Of a stretch of 64,000 nt of DNA, positions 25,791-35,189 are shown piece after piece. Every line of letters begins with the position of its first letter. The first letter of the stretch is position 1. Location: positions 140,009 through 204,008 of IMG/VR virus record IMGVR_UViG_3300024336_000005; one strand, written 5' to 3'. The position numbers and the translations under genes were made by a program. A model generated the notes under the pieces. That model did not search any database. It worked only from the letters and a program-made list of their open reading frames with translations, and had not been told where the DNA came from.

Positions 25791-26327
25791 ATGCAAAAGT
25801 TAGAAGGATTTGAGAAGGTAGAATCTGAAGGAATTTTGGGAGAGTATTATATTCATCCAGACGGAAGGATCTACAGAGATTACGGACATAGAATAAAATT
25901 TCTTTCCGAGAGGCCAAATGCTTATGGCTATAGTCGAATAAGCTTGCTTCATCAGGATGGACGTAGAGTGGATCGAATGATGCATCGATTATTGATGTTA
26001 ACATTTGTCCCAAATCCAGATAATAAGCCACAAGTCAATCATAAAGACGGAGATAAAAGCAACAATCAGCTTTCCAATTTGGAATGGGTTACAGATCGAG
26101 AAAATAAGCTTCATTCACATAGAGTGCTTGGAGCCAAATCTAGTGACAAAAGTTGTTTCTTATTTTATTTTGGGGGCTTTGTTCAAAGGTTTCCAAACAT
26201 CCAAGCTGCTTGTAACTATGCAGCTAAAAAATATGGGTGCTCCTCAAAGTCTTTATGTAAATATTACACATCTAATGGATGTGCAATTATTACAGAAGAA
26301 AGTGCAACGACTATCCTAACGGAGTAG
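25791..26327 (+). CDS. Intron-encoded HNH homing endonuclease (I-HmuI-like)
   Basis: HRLLM.TFVPNPDNKPQVNHKDGDKSNNQLSNLEWVT..EN..H; located in the P6 region of the intron. Confidence 0.9.
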   Translation: MQKLEGFEKVESEGILGEYYIHPDGRIYRDYGHRIKFLSERPNAYGYSRISLLHQDGRRVDRMMHRLLMLTFVPNPDNKPQVNHKDGDKSNNQLSNLEWVTDRENKLHSHRVLGAKSSDKSCFLFYFGGFVQRFPNIQAACNYAAKKYGCSSKSLCKYYTSNGCAIITEESATTILTE

Positions 26328-26420
26328 GGGGGGTATTGCTCCTCTCGAAGCGCCTTGATCTCTGAATCAATACAGAGAATATGATATAGTCTGTGCCACT
26401 AGAAATAGTGGAATAACACG

Positions 26421-28141
26421 TTGTAAAGTTCGACTTTCTGGGACTCCGCACACTTGATGTAATTGAAGACGCCTGTCGTAGCATAGAGAAAAGAACTGGA
26501 GTGACTATTGATTGGGAACAGACTCCCGAGGATGATGGTCCTACATTCGATATGCTCAGCAGAGGAGACACCTTTGGTGTCTTCCAGCTGGAGGCATCTG
26601 GTATCTCTGGGTTTACCAAGGGATATAAGCCAAGGTCTATCGATGACATCTCAATCATCTCAGCTCTATACAGACCTGGTCCGCTGGATAATGGGATGGT
26701 AGATGCCATTCTGTCTGTCCGCAAGGGGAAGAAGATTGAAGAGAGTCCTGTTGATGTCATTAAAGAAATCCTTAAGGATACGAATGGGGTTCTGACATAT
26801 CAGGAACAAGTATTAGCAATATCAAGGGAGATGGCTGGGTTTACCCTGTCGGGTGCTGATCTATTGAGGCGCGCGATTGGCAAGAAGCTGCCCGAAGAGA
26901 TGCAAGCGCAGGAGCAAAACTTTGTTGATGGCTCCGTAGAGAAGGGGTATCCAAAGCATCAAGCTTTGGAAGTATTTGAAATCATTAAGAAATTCGCTGA
27001 CTATTGTTTGTCATATGATACTAAGGTATTGACCGATAAGGGGCCTCTCTCAATTGGTCATATTGTAGAAAATCAGCTAGAGGTTTCTGTTTATTCTATT
27101 GATGAGCATGGGCTTGTCTACTCTCAGCCGGTGGCTCAGTGGCATGACAGGGGCATAAGAGAAGTCTTTGAATACAAGCTTGAGGATGGCTCTGTCATCC
27201 GAGCGACCGAAGATCATAAGTTTATGACCGTCGATGGAGATATGCTTGCTATTGAAACAATCTTCCTGCAGAATAGGGATATGCTTGTCATTGAAACAGG
27301 CAAGATTCAAATAGGGGAGATTGAAATGAAGCCTTATAATAAACTAAATGACCTGGACAAACAACTTGTCCAACGACTGTACTATGAAGGATTATCCTTT
27401 GAGGACATCTCAAAGGAAGCTGTGGTATCTCAACGTTCTGTTAGTCGTGTTTTGCAAGAGGCTAATATTAACACCAGAAGGAAAAACCGTTATACCCTTA
27501 ATGAAAGCTTCTTCTGTGGAGCATATGATCATTATGAATGTGCATATTTTTTAGGCCTACTGGCAGCAGATGGATGCGTTACTCATAAGGATTACATCGC
27601 CCTCCAGCTTATTGATGAAGAACTTGTCTTATGGTTTCGCAAAGCGATCGAATACTCAGGAGAAGTTCGGCTTATCCTTGGCGAGGAGCGAAAGCCCCCT
27701 GGCCAAGATGCCTATAGGGTGAACTTTAGCTCTGCCATAATGTCAGAGGAACTTCGTTCATATGGAATCATTGCCGGAAGACATCTTCAAGCAATTCCGA
27801 AGTTAGAAGATTCAATTGTGCCTCATTTTATTCGAGGGTATTTTGATGGAGATGGATGTGTTTACTTAAGGCCAGAGGGTTCTGGTGGAGTTGTTCATAT
27901 TGTAGCCTCCGAGGCGTTTTGCGAATCGCTTAAAGAATACTTTGGATTCGGAACAATTAGTTCACATCCCAGTGGTATGTATTATTGGAGGATCTTTGCA
28001 AAAAAACATGTGAATGTTTTTTATGAAGCCCTATATGATTCTGATGGTTCAGAGACCCTGTGCCTTAATCGCAAAAAGCAACTAATGGAAGCCTTCCTAC
28101 GGAGCTACAAGTATGAAAATTGTTGGAAAGCAAAGGATTGA
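26421..28141 (+). CDS. dnaE: DnaE exon 2 + N-intein + in-frame LAGLIDADG endonuclease
   Basis: KFDFLG, GVFQLE, ALYRPGP, YQEQV, ADLLRRAIGKK, FADY then CLSYDT (intein start 27005). The frame ends at stop 28141. Confidence 0.92.
27005..27300 (+). mobile_element. Split intein N-half, Npu/Ssp DnaE-type
   Basis: CLSYDTKVLT...QPVAQWHDRG..EVFEY.LEDGS.IRATEDHKFMTVDG.ML.I..IF (blocks A and B). Confidence 0.92.
27326..28141 (+). CDS. LAGLIDADG homing endonuclease with N-terminal HTH (own SD/ATG, in frame with IntN)
   Basis: SD AGGGGAG at 27313-19; YFLGLLAADGCV and FIRGYFDGDGCV; LNRKK. Confidence 0.85.
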   Translation: MKPYNKLNDLDKQLVQRLYYEGLSFEDISKEAVVSQRSVSRVLQEANINTRRKNRYTLNESFFCGAYDHYECAYFLGLLAADGCVTHKDYIALQLIDEELVLWFRKAIEYSGEVRLILGEERKPPGQDAYRVNFSSAIMSEELRSYGIIAGRHLQAIPKLEDSIVPHFIRGYFDGDGCVYLRPEGSGGVVHIVASEAFCESLKEYFGFGTISSHPSGMYYWRIFAKKHVNVFYEALYDSDGSETLCLNRKKQLMEAFLRSYKYENCWKAKD

Positions 28142-29351
28142 GGATCAATCAGTCTATGATATTGGAGTAGAAAAAGACCATAACTTTCTTCTTGCTGATG
28201 GACAGGTTGCTTCCAATTGCTTTAACAAAAGCCATAGTGTGGCCTATTCAATGCTTTCATATAGAACAGCTTATCTTAAGTGTCACTATCCTTCTGACTT
28301 CTATGCTGCAGAGCTTACGAGCCACGAAGGGGAAGTCAAGAAGCTTCTCCCAGCAATGGCAGATGCTCGAGCACACCACATGAAGATCAAGACTCCTGAT
28401 ATTAATCTTAGTGAGGAGTGCTTTACGGCGACCGCCAGACATGAAATAAGGTTTGGACTTGCTGGAATTAAGGGGCTTGGGACAAAGGCTCTTCAGTCTA
28501 TTATGAATGAAAGAGCCAATGGGAGTTTTGAGTCTATCACTGGCTTATGCAAGAGGCTCTCCTCTTCTGAGATTAAGTCGAATAATCTCACAGCCTTAGC
28601 AAGGTCTGGTGCATTTTCCCAAATAGAAACTGGAATGAACACAGCAGAGCTTGCAGAGTATGCCGTTAACACAGCGATTGCTCTTCGTAGCTATCATAAA
28701 GATGAGAAGAAAGGCCAGGTGTCTATCTTTTCTGTTATGACTGAAGCTCCAGAAAATGAGATTAATGTTCAGAGACCGTCAATTCATTTGGATGATGGAG
28801 ATGAACTGGAGCTAGAGAAGGAAGCCTTGGGCTTTTATATCTCAGGATCTCCTCTGGATAAGTACAATACTATTAAGGAAAGATCCCATATAGATGAAAT
28901 TGAAAGCTTAGAAGTTGATGGCATTTGGGTATCAGTTCTTGCCAGGATAACAGAGCTTAAGATTAGAAATGGAAAGAGGGGAAGCTTTGCAATACTACAG
29001 CTAGAAGATACTAGCGGCAGCATTGGAGCTAAGATTTGGTCTAACAATATGGCTGAAGCTCGTCCATACTTAGAAGAAGGTAAGAGTGTTGTTGTCAGAG
29101 GAAAGACAAACTCCTACAAAGGACTTGAAATTGTTGTGGATTCTATTGTAGACGCTGAATCAGAAGTGAAAAGACTTTTGAAGAGAGTGGTCATTCATAG
29201 ACTTGATTCCACGATTTTAAATACACTCTTGCAATTGCCTGCAGGAAATGTTCCTATAGATCTTGAGCTTTCAAATGGCCAGATCAAACAACGACTTGGA
29301 TTTTTTGAAATCCAACCCCACATGCTGAGGGAACTGAATGAGATGGACTGA
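28113..29351 (+). CDS. dnaE: Split intein C-half (35 aa, 28113-28217) + DnaE C-terminal extein (HhH, OB)
   Basis: SD GGAG at 28101; MKIVGKQ...VYDIGVEKDHNFLLADGQVASN|CFNKSHSVAY; PDINLS, IRFGLAGIKGLG, EKEALGFYISGSPL, LEDTSG. Confidence 0.93.
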   Translation: MKIVGKQRIEDQSVYDIGVEKDHNFLLADGQVASNCFNKSHSVAYSMLSYRTAYLKCHYPSDFYAAELTSHEGEVKKLLPAMADARAHHMKIKTPDINLSEECFTATARHEIRFGLAGIKGLGTKALQSIMNERANGSFESITGLCKRLSSSEIKSNNLTALARSGAFSQIETGMNTAELAEYAVNTAIALRSYHKDEKKGQVSIFSVMTEAPENEINVQRPSIHLDDGDELELEKEALGFYISGSPLDKYNTIKERSHIDEIESLEVDGIWVSVLARITELKIRNGKRGSFAILQLEDTSGSIGAKIWSNNMAEARPYLEEGKSVVVRGKTNSYKGLEIVVDSIVDAESEVKRLLKRVVIHRLDSTILNTLLQLPAGNVPIDLELSNGQIKQRLGFFEIQPHMLRELNEMD

Positions 29352-30438
29352 AAAGAATAAGAAGCTTGCGGATAGGATTATAAAGAGGCTAGGAGCCACA
29401 GTGTCTCCTGCTGCTTTGTCTCATATCCTACAGAGGCACCTCAAGGTGCCTGTGACTACAGCTGAGGCTCGAGAGCTCCTTACCGAGCTCAGGCCTGCTG
29501 TGCCACAGACCTCTACCAAGCTATTGCCTGTACCAGTCAGGCGTCAGAATATAAAGGAACAGTGTAGAGTCCTCGTCAATGAAGTAAAGACTGAAATTGC
29601 CGCAGAGAAGGTCCTTGCAATTCCATCAGCTCTTACTGCAGAAGGAATCTCTCCCATCCTTTGCCTTTCTGACCTTCACTTTGGTGAAGTAATAGAAGTG
29701 AATGGACTGCAAACTTTCAATGTAGAGATTGCGAAGGAGAGGTTTGACAGTGTCATCGACAAGGCAATTGAAACAAGAGAGCTTGACTGCTATGAGGTAG
29801 ATGAGTTCATTGTTCTCTTGGCCGGTGACATCATCGATGGAGAGCTCATCTACCCGGGTCATGCCTTCGAGACTGATGGAGATGCATACAAGCAGCTCCA
29901 GATTGCCATTAAGCATATCTGGAAGGGCCTTGTGCGCCTCTCAGAGGTGTTTGGAGTAGTCCGCGTTCACTGTGTTGCAGGGAACCACGGACGAGCCTCA
30001 CGCCTACACTCACAGATGTCTAACTGGGATAATGTTTTGTACTTATCCCTACAGCTAATGGCATCCATCCAGACCAAGTATGATATTGAAGTTCATGTCC
30101 CTCATCAGATGTGGACTGACTTCAACGTCAGAGACTGGAGGGTACACTCACGCCACATTGGTGTGACTCAGGCAGCTACTGCCGGGCCTGGCAGGAAGGT
30201 CATGACTTGGTTGGACCAGCATGATGCTCAGCTGTTCTTCTATGGTCACTATCACAACCCTGAAATGTATTCTAGTGGATACAGAAGGATCTTCAAGAAC
30301 GGCTCACTCCCTCCTGCTAACGATTTTGCAGAGAGGCTAGGATTCCAAAGCTCTTGTGGACAGTGGCTCATTGGTGTAACTGATGCTGAAAGCGTAGCCT
30401 TCAGTAAGATTCTAATACCGGATATAATCGATGTCTAA
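29338..30438 (+). CDS. Calcineurin-like metallophosphoesterase
   Basis: SDLHFG, GDIIDG, GNHGR, RH, GHYH. Confidence 0.85.
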   Translation: MRWTEKNKKLADRIIKRLGATVSPAALSHILQRHLKVPVTTAEARELLTELRPAVPQTSTKLLPVPVRRQNIKEQCRVLVNEVKTEIAAEKVLAIPSALTAEGISPILCLSDLHFGEVIEVNGLQTFNVEIAKERFDSVIDKAIETRELDCYEVDEFIVLLAGDIIDGELIYPGHAFETDGDAYKQLQIAIKHIWKGLVRLSEVFGVVRVHCVAGNHGRASRLHSQMSNWDNVLYLSLQLMASIQTKYDIEVHVPHQMWTDFNVRDWRVHSRHIGVTQAATAGPGRKVMTWLDQHDAQLFFYGHYHNPEMYSSGYRRIFKNGSLPPANDFAERLGFQSSCGQWLIGVTDAESVAFSKILIPDIIDV

Positions 30439-30986
30439 TTTCAAGAGAAAGATCAAGAGGGCCATGGCAAAGAGCAATGGCCTTCCAGTAGATTTCTTCC
30501 TGCCTGGTGGACTAAAGAAGCGCCAGGCAATGCAAGAAAAGATCAAAGCATTAACAGAACAGATCAATCAGTCTAAGAAGGATGCGGAGTTGGATCCGAT
30601 CCCTACATTTTTAGACGAGGATTTAAAAGATGGGGATGATAATTAAGCCAAACACAGGAAAAGCTACAAAGCCTGCCCTTGACCCTAACATTTTGGGTCA
30701 GGTGAATGCCTTAATGAAGTGGGCGCAGATTACAGATGATAGGAATGCACTCTTTCAGGAGGCGCATATCCGTGCTGAGTCTACGTTCTTGCAGATGATG
30801 GCCTCGTTAGAGGCTCTGTGTAAAATTCTTATCGAGAAGGATATTGTGGATAGGGCTGAATATGATGCCCATCGACAGGACTATTTCGATAAGGTCGAAC
30901 AGAGACGTAAGGCCGCAGAAGAAGAAATGGACAAAGCCGGCCCTCAGATTTGGGTGCCTGATAAGAAAATCGTACCAGCAAGGTAA
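30431..30986 (+). CDS. Two small hypothetical genes (30431-30646, 30630-30986)
   Basis: Overlapping co-oriented ORFs. Confidence 0.55.
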
Positions 30987-30993
30987 ATAAAAT

Positions 30994-33585
30994 ATGGATA
31001 CAAATTCTGTGGCAACTGCGCTCGAGCAGGTCAGACCCTTCTTGTTTGACTATCTCGTAGCGGAAGGTGTGATCACTACTGACAACCCAGCTCGTAATGA
31101 TCAGTTCATCTGTCCTAATCCCAACCATGAGGACACAGCTCCGTCTGCGAAAATCCTTAGAGGAGGAGTAAAGGCATTTTGTCATGGATGTAAGACTACC
31201 TTTGATTTGCTTCATGTAAATCATTGGATTAAGTCTGCTCCTATCTCTGGGTTCGGCTTCATCACAAACAACCTCATGCCATTGTGCGAGAGGTTTAAGG
31301 TTGATTTTGAACTTGGAGATTTGTCTGAAGAAGATAGGTTTAAGCTAGATTCCTTTCGTGTGATTCGCATGGCCTCTGATTATATGTCCGCTCAATTGTG
31401 GTCAGAAGAATTAAGAGACTATGTGGAAGCAAGAGGTGTTGACGTTGTGTCGGCGCAGGAGATGGGAATCAGTGTAATTCCGAACTACTCGAAGTTCTTT
31501 TCTCACCTTAGAACAGCCTTCTCAAACGTCTTCCTTAGGGAAGTTGGTTTGGCAAAGGAAGGGATGTTCTCCTCAAGCTCAATTATCTTTACGATTAAGG
31601 ATCATAACGGTACTCCCGTTGGATTCATAAGTAGAGACATGGAGCACGAGGCAAAGAAGGAGAGATGGAGAGCCGAGGGTAGCCGAGGGGCTCCTCCTCG
31701 TAAGTACGACTCGTCTCCCGAGAAGAATCGTATCTACTTCAAGAGGTCAGTTCTCTTTGGTTTCTCAGACGCTGTATCTAATGATTACAAGGACTTATAT
31801 GGCTTCGAAGGTCAGTTTGACTGGGCCATCGCTAAGAAGAATGGACTGGACAATAGCATTGCCCTTAGTGGTAGTTCTATAACACCAGACCAGATTTCAC
31901 TTCTCCGTAAGTATGGCATCGAGTCTTTGACTCTTGTTATGGATGGAGATAGCGCGGGGGAGGAAGCGCTGGAGAAGCTGCTGCTTGGGGATTCAAAAGA
32001 TCCAGGCATGCTTGCTTCTGCTTCCTTCTTGAACGTCTACGTAATCACAATACCTTCTGGGTATGACCCCAATTCCTATATCGTTGAAAACGGAATGGAA
32101 GCCTTTAAGGGATTGGAAAGAGTTAGCTCTTTCCAATGGGCCTTAAATAGGCAGGACCCTTCCGTTGATCCACTTAAGGCTTGTGAAGCAGTGCTTCCAT
32201 TCATCCTGGCGGAGGACAACTTCCTTCGCAGGGAGAGAATGGTTGACGGTCTATCAGAAGCAACCGGTCTCTCTACAGTTGCCATCAATGATGAGTTGCA
32301 CAGAAGAGAAGATGCTAATAAGCAGGTTGCAGAAAGAGAGATGCGTAACATTGCGGATGAAGCCTTAAGAGAGTTTCGATATGGAGATGGGGCGGGCACC
32401 CAGATTTTGAGGAATGCCTTAGACCGCATTGAAGCCATTGACAGCGTAACGGTTGATACGCTTAGTAGCGAAGAGACCATTGCAGCTCTTGATGCGCAGA
32501 TTCAAAAAGAGTTTGAACTTGAGGGGCCTCAAGGTCACAACTACGGGAAGTTAACTCACTTCACAGCAGACCTTAATGGTGAGTCCCAAGGTGTTGTCAT
32601 CGCAGTTGGAGGCGTGCCTAATACGGGCAAGACCGCCCTTCAGTCCCAGTTCACCAAGGAGCTTCTGGATAACAATCCGAATCTCATTATCATAGCCCAG
32701 ACCATTGATGACACCCGTGCCCAATTCAACAGAAGGATGGCAATTCAATGGGCTCAGGAGATGGCGACTGAACAGGGGCTTAAGCTTGCTGATGCCATCA
32801 CACTGAATAAGATTGCTAGTCCTAAGTACTGGCTAAATGAATACCCTCGTGAGAATGAGGGACTTATGGAGTGTCGAGAGGAAGGGTATAAGAGGTTGAG
32901 GGAGTATCTTAAGGATGGGCGTTTGCACATCAAGGATACCACTCATGGGGCCACCCTGGTGATGCTCGAGAAGCTTGTGAAGAAGGTCTACAAGGACCAT
33001 CCAGGTGCTGAGGTGGTTGTTATATTGGATAACTTCCATAAGGCACAGGACTTCTCAAATCTAGATGAGCGTTCAGCTGTGAAGAAGAAGTCCGCGTTCC
33101 TTAAGAGAAACATTGCACAGGCATATAACTGTAGTGCCATCTCTACATTTGAATACAAGAAGGTCGAGACTGGGAAGCGTCCGGTGAACAACGACCTTCG
33201 CGATGCCGTTAACATTGAGTACGATATCAACTACCTAATAAACCTGTTCAGCCCATTGAAGGCTGCCCAGGATACAGGAGAGGAAGAGGCGTGCGAAATG
33301 TGGCATGGAGATGAGTTCAACAAGTTGCCTATCATTGAGGGAGATGTGGGGAAGAATAAGATTACTGACCTTAAGGGGCGCAGGTTCTTTGGCTTCTATC
33401 CGGCTCAATCAAGGTATGAATGCTATGCTTCTACCGATGTCTCTGCCATTGTTGCAAACAATAGGGGCAGCAAAGCCATTGAAGCTGGGCATGAAGGCAC
33501 CTGGAAGAACGGTAGGTACTTCCCAGCTGACGTAGATGTAGGTAAGACTCGACTGGTAAAGGCTAAGACTGAGGTGCCCTTCTAA
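30994..33585 (+). CDS. Fused DnaG-type primase / DnaB-like helicase
   Basis: Zn finger CPNPNH..D..PS...CHGC; TOPRIM FEGQFD, DGDSAG, DPN; Walker A GVPNTGKT; ILDNFH; ends VPF. Confidence 0.9.
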   Translation: MDTNSVATALEQVRPFLFDYLVAEGVITTDNPARNDQFICPNPNHEDTAPSAKILRGGVKAFCHGCKTTFDLLHVNHWIKSAPISGFGFITNNLMPLCERFKVDFELGDLSEEDRFKLDSFRVIRMASDYMSAQLWSEELRDYVEARGVDVVSAQEMGISVIPNYSKFFSHLRTAFSNVFLREVGLAKEGMFSSSSIIFTIKDHNGTPVGFISRDMEHEAKKERWRAEGSRGAPPRKYDSSPEKNRIYFKRSVLFGFSDAVSNDYKDLYGFEGQFDWAIAKKNGLDNSIALSGSSITPDQISLLRKYGIESLTLVMDGDSAGEEALEKLLLGDSKDPGMLASASFLNVYVITIPSGYDPNSYIVENGMEAFKGLERVSSFQWALNRQDPSVDPLKACEAVLPFILAEDNFLRRERMVDGLSEATGLSTVAINDELHRREDANKQVAEREMRNIADEALREFRYGDGAGTQILRNALDRIEAIDSVTVDTLSSEETIAALDAQIQKEFELEGPQGHNYGKLTHFTADLNGESQGVVIAVGGVPNTGKTALQSQFTKELLDNNPNLIIIAQTIDDTRAQFNRRMAIQWAQEMATEQGLKLADAITLNKIASPKYWLNEYPRENEGLMECREEGYKRLREYLKDGRLHIKDTTHGATLVMLEKLVKKVYKDHPGAEVVVILDNFHKAQDFSNLDERSAVKKKSAFLKRNIAQAYNCSAISTFEYKKVETGKRPVNNDLRDAVNIEYDINYLINLFSPLKAAQDTGEEEACEMWHGDEFNKLPIIEGDVGKNKITDLKGRRFFGFYPAQSRYECYASTDVSAIVANNRGSKAIEAGHEGTWKNGRYFPADVDVGKTRLVKAKTEVPF

Positions 33586-34523
33586 TGAAAAATATACTTC
33601 CATGGGTTTTGATTGTTGTGCTAGCTGTAGCAGTAGGTCTTCAATGGATGCAGATGCGTGAGCTTACTTCATCCCTTAAGAAATCTGACTCGTTGATTGC
33701 CGAAAGATTAAATTCTTTCGACTCTAAGCTAGGTAGAGCTACTACAAAGATTGATGCTAATGGAAGTATGTTGGAGACATTGCGTAATGAAATTCCTCAA
33801 GACGTTCGTGCAGAGATTGAAGAACTGGGCGTTCAGGTTGAGGCAATTGGAAGAGCCACAGTGGTTCATCGAAGTTCAGGTGGTGGGCAAGCAAGGAGAG
33901 TTGCGACACCGCCTCTTCATGAAGCACCCAGAGTTCTTGACAATGACCCTGTCGGACGGCGAGGTAAGAGTTCGAGCAATTCTGAAGTAATAGAGTTCCA
34001 AGATTGGAGACTCAAGGCAAGGTTAACAGATGGTACGTTTTTTACTTATGAGCTTCACCAGCAGTTTGATTTCCTCCTTGTGGAGGGATCAAGAGGAGAA
34101 GGTTCTCCAACATATATACGCATGTGGGAGAAAGACGAAGACGGTAATCGTATCGAGCCCGCTCTTGAAGTCAGCTCATTCGAAATTGTTCGGAGAGAGA
34201 AAGAATCAGGGGGATGGGAAATCCTGAACCCCAAGTTGGAGATTGCTCTTCATTCGTTTCTTAGAATTAGAGATGCAAGCCTTGGGCTTGCTCCAGAGAT
34301 TGCATTATCAGTTGGATCATATGGTCTTACTGAGGACGACTTGACGTGGAGGTTGATGAGGGTTGGCGCGTTTGCCAATGAACAGACCATAGGCATTTCA
34401 ATATGCCCTGGGTCCTACAACCTCGGCAAAGACCTTCCTCTTGTTTCAAACGTTTGGATTAGCCCATGCTATAGTTACTCCGGTGAACACTCCGCAGGAC
34501 TAAGCGTAGGCGGGACTTTATAA
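33585..34523 (+). CDS. Membrane-anchored protein (N-terminal TM, coiled coil, beta-rich C-terminus)
   Basis: ILPWVLIVVLAVAVGL TM segment; heptad region; C-terminal amphipathic strands. Confidence 0.6.
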   Translation: MKNILPWVLIVVLAVAVGLQWMQMRELTSSLKKSDSLIAERLNSFDSKLGRATTKIDANGSMLETLRNEIPQDVRAEIEELGVQVEAIGRATVVHRSSGGGQARRVATPPLHEAPRVLDNDPVGRRGKSSSNSEVIEFQDWRLKARLTDGTFFTYELHQQFDFLLVEGSRGEGSPTYIRMWEKDEDGNRIEPALEVSSFEIVRREKESGGWEILNPKLEIALHSFLRIRDASLGLAPEIALSVGSYGLTEDDLTWRLMRVGAFANEQTIGISICPGSYNLGKDLPLVSNVWISPCYSYSGEHSAGLSVGGTL

Positions 34524-34660
34524 TGGAAAAGTACTCAGATATTTTTAGAGATGCTGCCCTTACTGCGGCCATAGATGTTCTTAAGGGGCTAAAGGATGCC
34601 AAAACAAAGGGCTATCCTTCTCCTAAGAAGCCGAAGAAGCCCAAGAGGCCGAAGAAGTGA
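34523..34660 (+). CDS. Small basic protein (45 aa) with PKK repeats
   Basis: TAATG-coupled; ends PSPKKPKKPKRPKK; stop overlaps the next GTG. Confidence 0.55.
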   Translation: MEKYSDIFRDAALTAAIDVLKGLKDAKTKGYPSPKKPKKPKRPKK

Positions 34661-34971
34661 ATTCTCTTCCTATGTTAACTGTTGATGGAACTGAGTATGA
34701 ATCTGACAAGTGTTCCATCAAATATACAAGACGCTTTATTTATGTAGAGCTTTTCTTTGAAAATGAATTCCCAGGCTATGCCCAATTATTGGATGCAGGA
34801 TCGATTAGTCTCTTAGGATGGTTCTTTTCTAATCCATTGCAGAAGGGTTTTAACGAAGGTCGAAGATATCTTAAGTTTGAAACTATAGATGTTGTCCCTG
34901 GTGAATACCCTGGGGAAGAAGAGAGAAAATGGATCTCTTTTATTGGCTTAAATGATTCTGAGGAAATTTAA
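34657..34971 (+). CDS. Hypothetical protein
   Basis: Coupled ORF. Confidence 0.55.
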   Translation: MNSLPMLTVDGTEYESDKCSIKYTRRFIYVELFFENEFPGYAQLLDAGSISLLGWFFSNPLQKGFNEGRRYLKFETIDVVPGEYPGEEERKWISFIGLNDSEEI

Positions 34972-35189
34972 TGATATATCAATTTGAGTGTGCAGTTTGC
35001 GAGAAGCCTCGTGAATTTAATATGGAGATGAAGGATGCTCCTAGAGTAGGAACTTCTAGTGGGCTCTCTCGTGAGGTTACCCCTGAGCAAGACTTTCTGT
35101 GCGCTTGTGGCGCAAACAATTGGACTCGTGTCTGGCCCTCCAAGAATGGTGGCTTCCGCTGGAATATGAGAAGGACCTCTATAGTTTGA
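34971..35189 (+). CDS. FmdB-like zinc-ribbon protein
   Basis: MIYQFECAVC...CACG....RV. Confidence 0.6.
   Translation: MIYQFECAVCEKPREFNMEMKDAPRVGTSSGLSREVTPEQDFLCACGANNWTRVWPSKNGGFRWNMRRTSIV

Larger units (their letters stand above)
25593..26420 (+). mobile_element. Group I intron in dnaE
   Basis: P1 hairpin GGGGU|UAG-CUUA-UUAGCCCC with a U.G pair at 25592/25603. Terminal G at 26420. Splicing gives EKMG-F-VKFDFLGLRTL. P3 CAAGGUG/CGCCUUG. P7 GACUA (26309-13)/UAGUC (26387-91). Confidence 0.93.
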
